DNA of 64,000 bases from Epithemia pelagica (lineage: Eukaryota > Protista > Bacillariophyta), in assembly GCA_946965045.2 (NCBI GenBank), contig OX337242.1:2728001-2792000 (forward strand), read 5' to 3'. Shown piece by piece: positions 60,813 to 64,000 of this stretch. The translations under genes and the position numbers were made by a program. Positions within the stretch are counted from its first letter, which is position 1. Each line of letters begins with the position of its first letter. Below the pieces are notes generated by a model. That model ran no database searches, was not told the DNA's origin, and was given only the letters and a program-made list of their open reading frames with translations.

Positions 60813-62984
60813 CTACGACGAACCCGGACGACTCGACGACGCTGTGGACGACGAGGACGACACTGGCTGTGAAGAAGAGGAGGAGCCTGTCGTTGTGGGT
60901 CGATTCCGTCGAGCTCCGACAATGGCGGCATCGCCCTTGGCCAACAATCGTGCCACCCGTTGTGCGGCACGACTGGTCCGACAGGATTGATTGCGCAAGG
61001 CTTGTTCCAATCGAGACAGGGTCCAAACCTCATTGTCACCAGCAGCCGTTTGGGATTCCGATGCCGTTTGATGGCGCTTGTCTTGTGAATGCTCCTTCCG
61101 ATCATCATCGTCGTCGTCGTCTTGATACAAACTATCGCGGTTCGTGGGGCGAGTCGTTGTACCGGGACGAGACGGTTGTTGTTGCTCTGGACGTTCTTGT
61201 TCTTGGTGTCGCATTTCATTGGAAATGACCCGTTGCAATTCCAAGACGGACTGAATGGTTTGGTACCGTCGTCCTTCGCGCAGTGCCGTCGGCAACAAGT
61301 AGCGTTCCAAACCTCGCAAGGTTGTCCATTCCCAATCCTCGGAATTCTTGTCTTCGTCCATATCACCCTTTGCCGGTTGTTGCTGCTTGGCAGTGTCGTG
61401 GTGCGGGTCCTTGTCCTTGTCGTTGTTGTCATGGGTCTCGAGCGGTTCCCGTGCCACCGTGGTGGTAATAGGTTCGGGCACTTGACAAAAAAAGAAGGTT
61501 TGCATGGCCTTTTCCGGGGACATGGCATGGTGGTGGGTGCCAGACGCCGTGGAGGACGATGGTTCTTCAAAACATTGTTGCAAACAAGACACGACTTGGG
61601 GCAAGGGAGGATTTTGACGAGAACGAGAACGACCCGAAGCAGAGGATTCTTGTGGCGATGGTGGTTCCTGCTCCAAGACGGATTGGACCAAGCGGTTGGT
61701 GCGCTGTTGAATGGCGGCCAATTCGGCCGTGGTCCAAAACATGAATTGGTCTTGTTCGGCGGGGGTCAATTCTTCCAAGGGCGACGAGGGAGGTACCAAC
61801 AAGCCGGCGCGTGGTCGACTCAACAGAGTTGTCGTCGTCCCATCCTTGGAAGAAAAGTGCACATGTTTGGGAGCCTTTTTCAAAATGGATTTGGGACCAT
61901 GCGGATTCTTGTGGCGAGTAGTGGCATGCTGGTCTGGATGGACCAAGATGGATTTGGGTGGGGGCAACATGTCGAGTCGAATGGTTCGAACGCGTTTCCT
62001 GCTGCTGGTTTCGTTGTGAAGGTGATTGTGAAGGTGATCCATACCACCACCACCCGGCAGGTGGAATCGACCTGACGACGATGAGGACGACGATGCGGTG
62101 GATCCGGCCAGACTGGTACCCGTGGCACTGCTTGTGGTGGACCAGGTGGTACTGGTCGTATGCGAGGCCACCGACACGACCGAAGAGGATTGCAAACTGG
62201 TAAAGGAGGCCGAGGGGGACAGGGGTGGCAGCGACGAATACGAGGGACAGGGCGATGCCAAGAGCAGCGACATGCTGGCAGTGTGTCGATCGGCAGCCGA
62301 CCAACTTTGATGATGTTGATGCTCTTGTTCTTCGTCTTGTGTAGATGGCACAGACTTGCTGGTCTTTTTCTTCTTTGTTTTGGTCTTGAGACCCTTTGGT
62401 TTGGTAGTAGTCTTCTTCATCGACCCTGATTCCAGAGTGCTCTTTTCGGATTTCTTCTTTTTCTTCTTCTTCTTTTCCTGTTTCTTCTCGACGCTATTGT
62501 TCGTTGGAACCTTGAAGGATTTCTTTGCTTTGGGGTCCTTTTTCGGAATGTTGTTGTTGTTGTTGTTGCTGCTCTCGGATTGGAGGTCCTTCTTTTTGGT
62601 CTTTTTCGGTTTGGTACTAGTACTTCTCGTAGTACAATCACTCATTTTGTGATATGCTGCTGTATCATCCTCATGATTGGGAAGCATGGGAGGTGGAGCA
62701 AAATCGGCAATGGAAGCGCGTCGTGGTCGTCGTGGTGGAACCACCAATGGCAATTGGGTCGAGGCAGTGTGGTGATTGTGGTTGTGATTGTGATTGGGAG
62801 GATGCTGCAAGTGTTGCATCGAAGACGAGCGAGGAACGGACAAGGGCCGATCGTGTTTGGTGGTTTTGCGAGAAACAGTGGTCCCCCATCGATCCTCCGG
62901 GACACTCTTGGTTTTCCTAGTTCCACTTTGATGGTCATGGCTGCGGCTCCGCCACGAGGCTTGTCGTTGAAACAGACTCTTCAT
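60813..62984 (-). CDS. Large low-complexity diatom-type protein (about 723 aa) with KHVHF, FWTTAEL and RGLE motifs
   Basis: Long ORF with ATG at 62984; Lys/Ser-rich N-half. The KHVHF...FW...RGLERY...IQSVLELQ pattern is typical of an expanded diatom family (recalled, not searched). Confidence 0.65.
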   Translation of the reverse strand: MKSLFQRQASWRSRSHDHQSGTRKTKSVPEDRWGTTVSRKTTKHDRPLSVPRSSSMQHLQHPPNHNHNHNHHTASTQLPLVVPPRRPRRASIADFAPPPMLPNHEDDTAAYHKMSDCTTRSTSTKPKKTKKKDLQSESSNNNNNNIPKKDPKAKKSFKVPTNNSVEKKQEKKKKKKKKSEKSTLESGSMKKTTTKPKGLKTKTKKKKTSKSVPSTQDEEQEHQHHQSWSAADRHTASMSLLLASPCPSYSSLPPLSPSASFTSLQSSSVVSVASHTTSTTWSTTSSATGTSLAGSTASSSSSSSGRFHLPGGGGMDHLHNHLHNETSSRKRVRTIRLDMLPPPKSILVHPDQHATTRHKNPHGPKSILKKAPKHVHFSSKDGTTTTLLSRPRAGLLVPPSSPLEELTPAEQDQFMFWTTAELAAIQQRTNRLVQSVLEQEPPSPQESSASGRSRSRQNPPLPQVVSCLQQCFEEPSSSTASGTHHHAMSPEKAMQTFFFCQVPEPITTTVAREPLETHDNNDKDKDPHHDTAKQQQPAKGDMDEDKNSEDWEWTTLRGLERYLLPTALREGRRYQTIQSVLELQRVISNEMRHQEQERPEQQQPSRPGTTTRPTNRDSLYQDDDDDDDRKEHSQDKRHQTASESQTAAGDNEVWTLSRLEQALRNQSCRTSRAAQRVARLLAKGDAAIVGARRNRPTTTGSSSSSQPVSSSSSTASSSRPGSS

Positions 62985-64000
62985 GGTTGGGAGTTGCTTC
63001 GATTTCTTTGTGGATTCGTTTCTTGTTGTTGTTGTTGCTGTTGTTTGGTTGTGTGGCGTTTCCCCTCTCTCTCTCCCCAACGAATACTGCGCAACTCGCA
63101 ACGATCACACTTGTTTGGCCTTGTTGTGGTTGTTCTTGGGTGGGAGTTGTGGTGGAGGAGGATAAAGGCTGTGTCGTGGTGGGTTCTTGTTCTTGTTTGG
63201 TTTGTCCGACGAATCTTTTAAATACGATATGGCGTAGATCCTGCTCGGACACGCACTAAACTACACTTGGTAGGGCTCTTGTATTTCAGTTGGTAGGGCA
63301 TACTGTGGAGAGAATGAGCAGAATGTTGCTCCACGGCTATTCCCCAACCAGTGTATTCAAGGGCCTACAAGAAATAAGAAACCCAACCAATCTTGGAGGG
63401 TGGCCATCGAAGATGCTGGGTAAGGTTTGACTATAGCCCTATGGAGGAGGACCAAGAAAGAATCGATCGATACTCGTTAGGCCAATTCCATTATTGGAAT
63501 CGTGCCAGCCTGCTGCAAGATAGAATAATATATCCCTTTCGTACTTCGGTATCTACTTTGCTTCCTGCTATTATACTGTGGTTTTCACGACAGGATCTAT
63601 ATATTTCTACAATAGAATACGACAGGGTGGCCGCCTCTAATTATACTTGACATTTTAGAGCCATTCTAAGAGTATCTAGTTATATTATACCTGCGATTTC
63701 AAACTCTAAAACTCTTTAGAGTGCTATCCCGTAACACCAATGGAGCCCAATAAGGTGAAAACCTTAACCCTAGAGGATATCAAACAACATCAATGACAAG
63801 AATGACGGTAAAATGCAAGGTCTCATTCAATGAGGCTCTGACACCAAAACAACAACAATAAGAAGAGATAAAGGATGCAGTTTCCGACTGTCATGGCAGC
63901 ATTTCACTTACATGAACAAAAAATGAGACACCATGGTCGTAGACTCGCTAAAAGGTATAATTATACTCTAAAACGTATAATTTTACTTATACTTCGAAGC

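Noticed and set aside
63250-64000. AT-rich terminal segment as a TE relic
   Set aside because: Looks decayed, but has no ORF, terminal repeat or motif to support a call.
1-64000. tRNA, rRNA, snRNA genes or telomeric repeats
   Set aside because: No cloverleaf with T-loop consensus, rRNA or snRNA signature, or telomere array recognised by eye; a covariance-model scan (tRNAscan-SE, Infernal) would be needed to exclude them.

Overview
Eukaryotic nuclear DNA, most likely from a pennate diatom. Evidence: a silicon transporter (SIT), a CoDi-type Ty1/copia element, short GT-AG introns and diatom-style low-complexity proteins. The first ~36.6 kb is rich in transposable elements. It holds the 3' part of a copia element (pol, PPT, 3' LTR) and a complete, apparently young tyrosine-recombinase retrotransposon (8791-17137) with identical split direct repeats A1-B1-A2-B2 (Ngaro/PAT architecture). 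It also holds two different two-gene PIF/Harbinger-type DNA transposons with TIRs (17558-20416 and ~33440-36562), and a putative large DDE-like transposase paired with an unknown gene behind a 41-bp tandem array. Host genes include a His-less globin-like protein, a GH45 endoglucanase, a GPI-anchored protein, two Snf7-like paralogs and a glycosyltransferase-like gene. There are also four paralogs (plus one fragment) of an unrecognised membrane-anchored EF-hand family, a divergent SIT, an MFS transporter, and truncated ACSBG and DUF1517 pieces. The most notable observation is in the YR retrotransposon. Only gag has a usable AUG. A phase-1 GTAAG donor 11 nt before the gag stop matches a perfect TACTAAC branch point plus pyrimidine tract/CAG at the start of the AUG-less recombinase frame, which predicts a spliced Gag-YR fusion. 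The RT/RNase H frame is in frame with gag behind a single UGA-C. Several host genes carry 1-nt homopolymer indels (possibly long-read assembly errors) or nonsense codons compatible with C>T changes. All calls were made by eye with no database searches.
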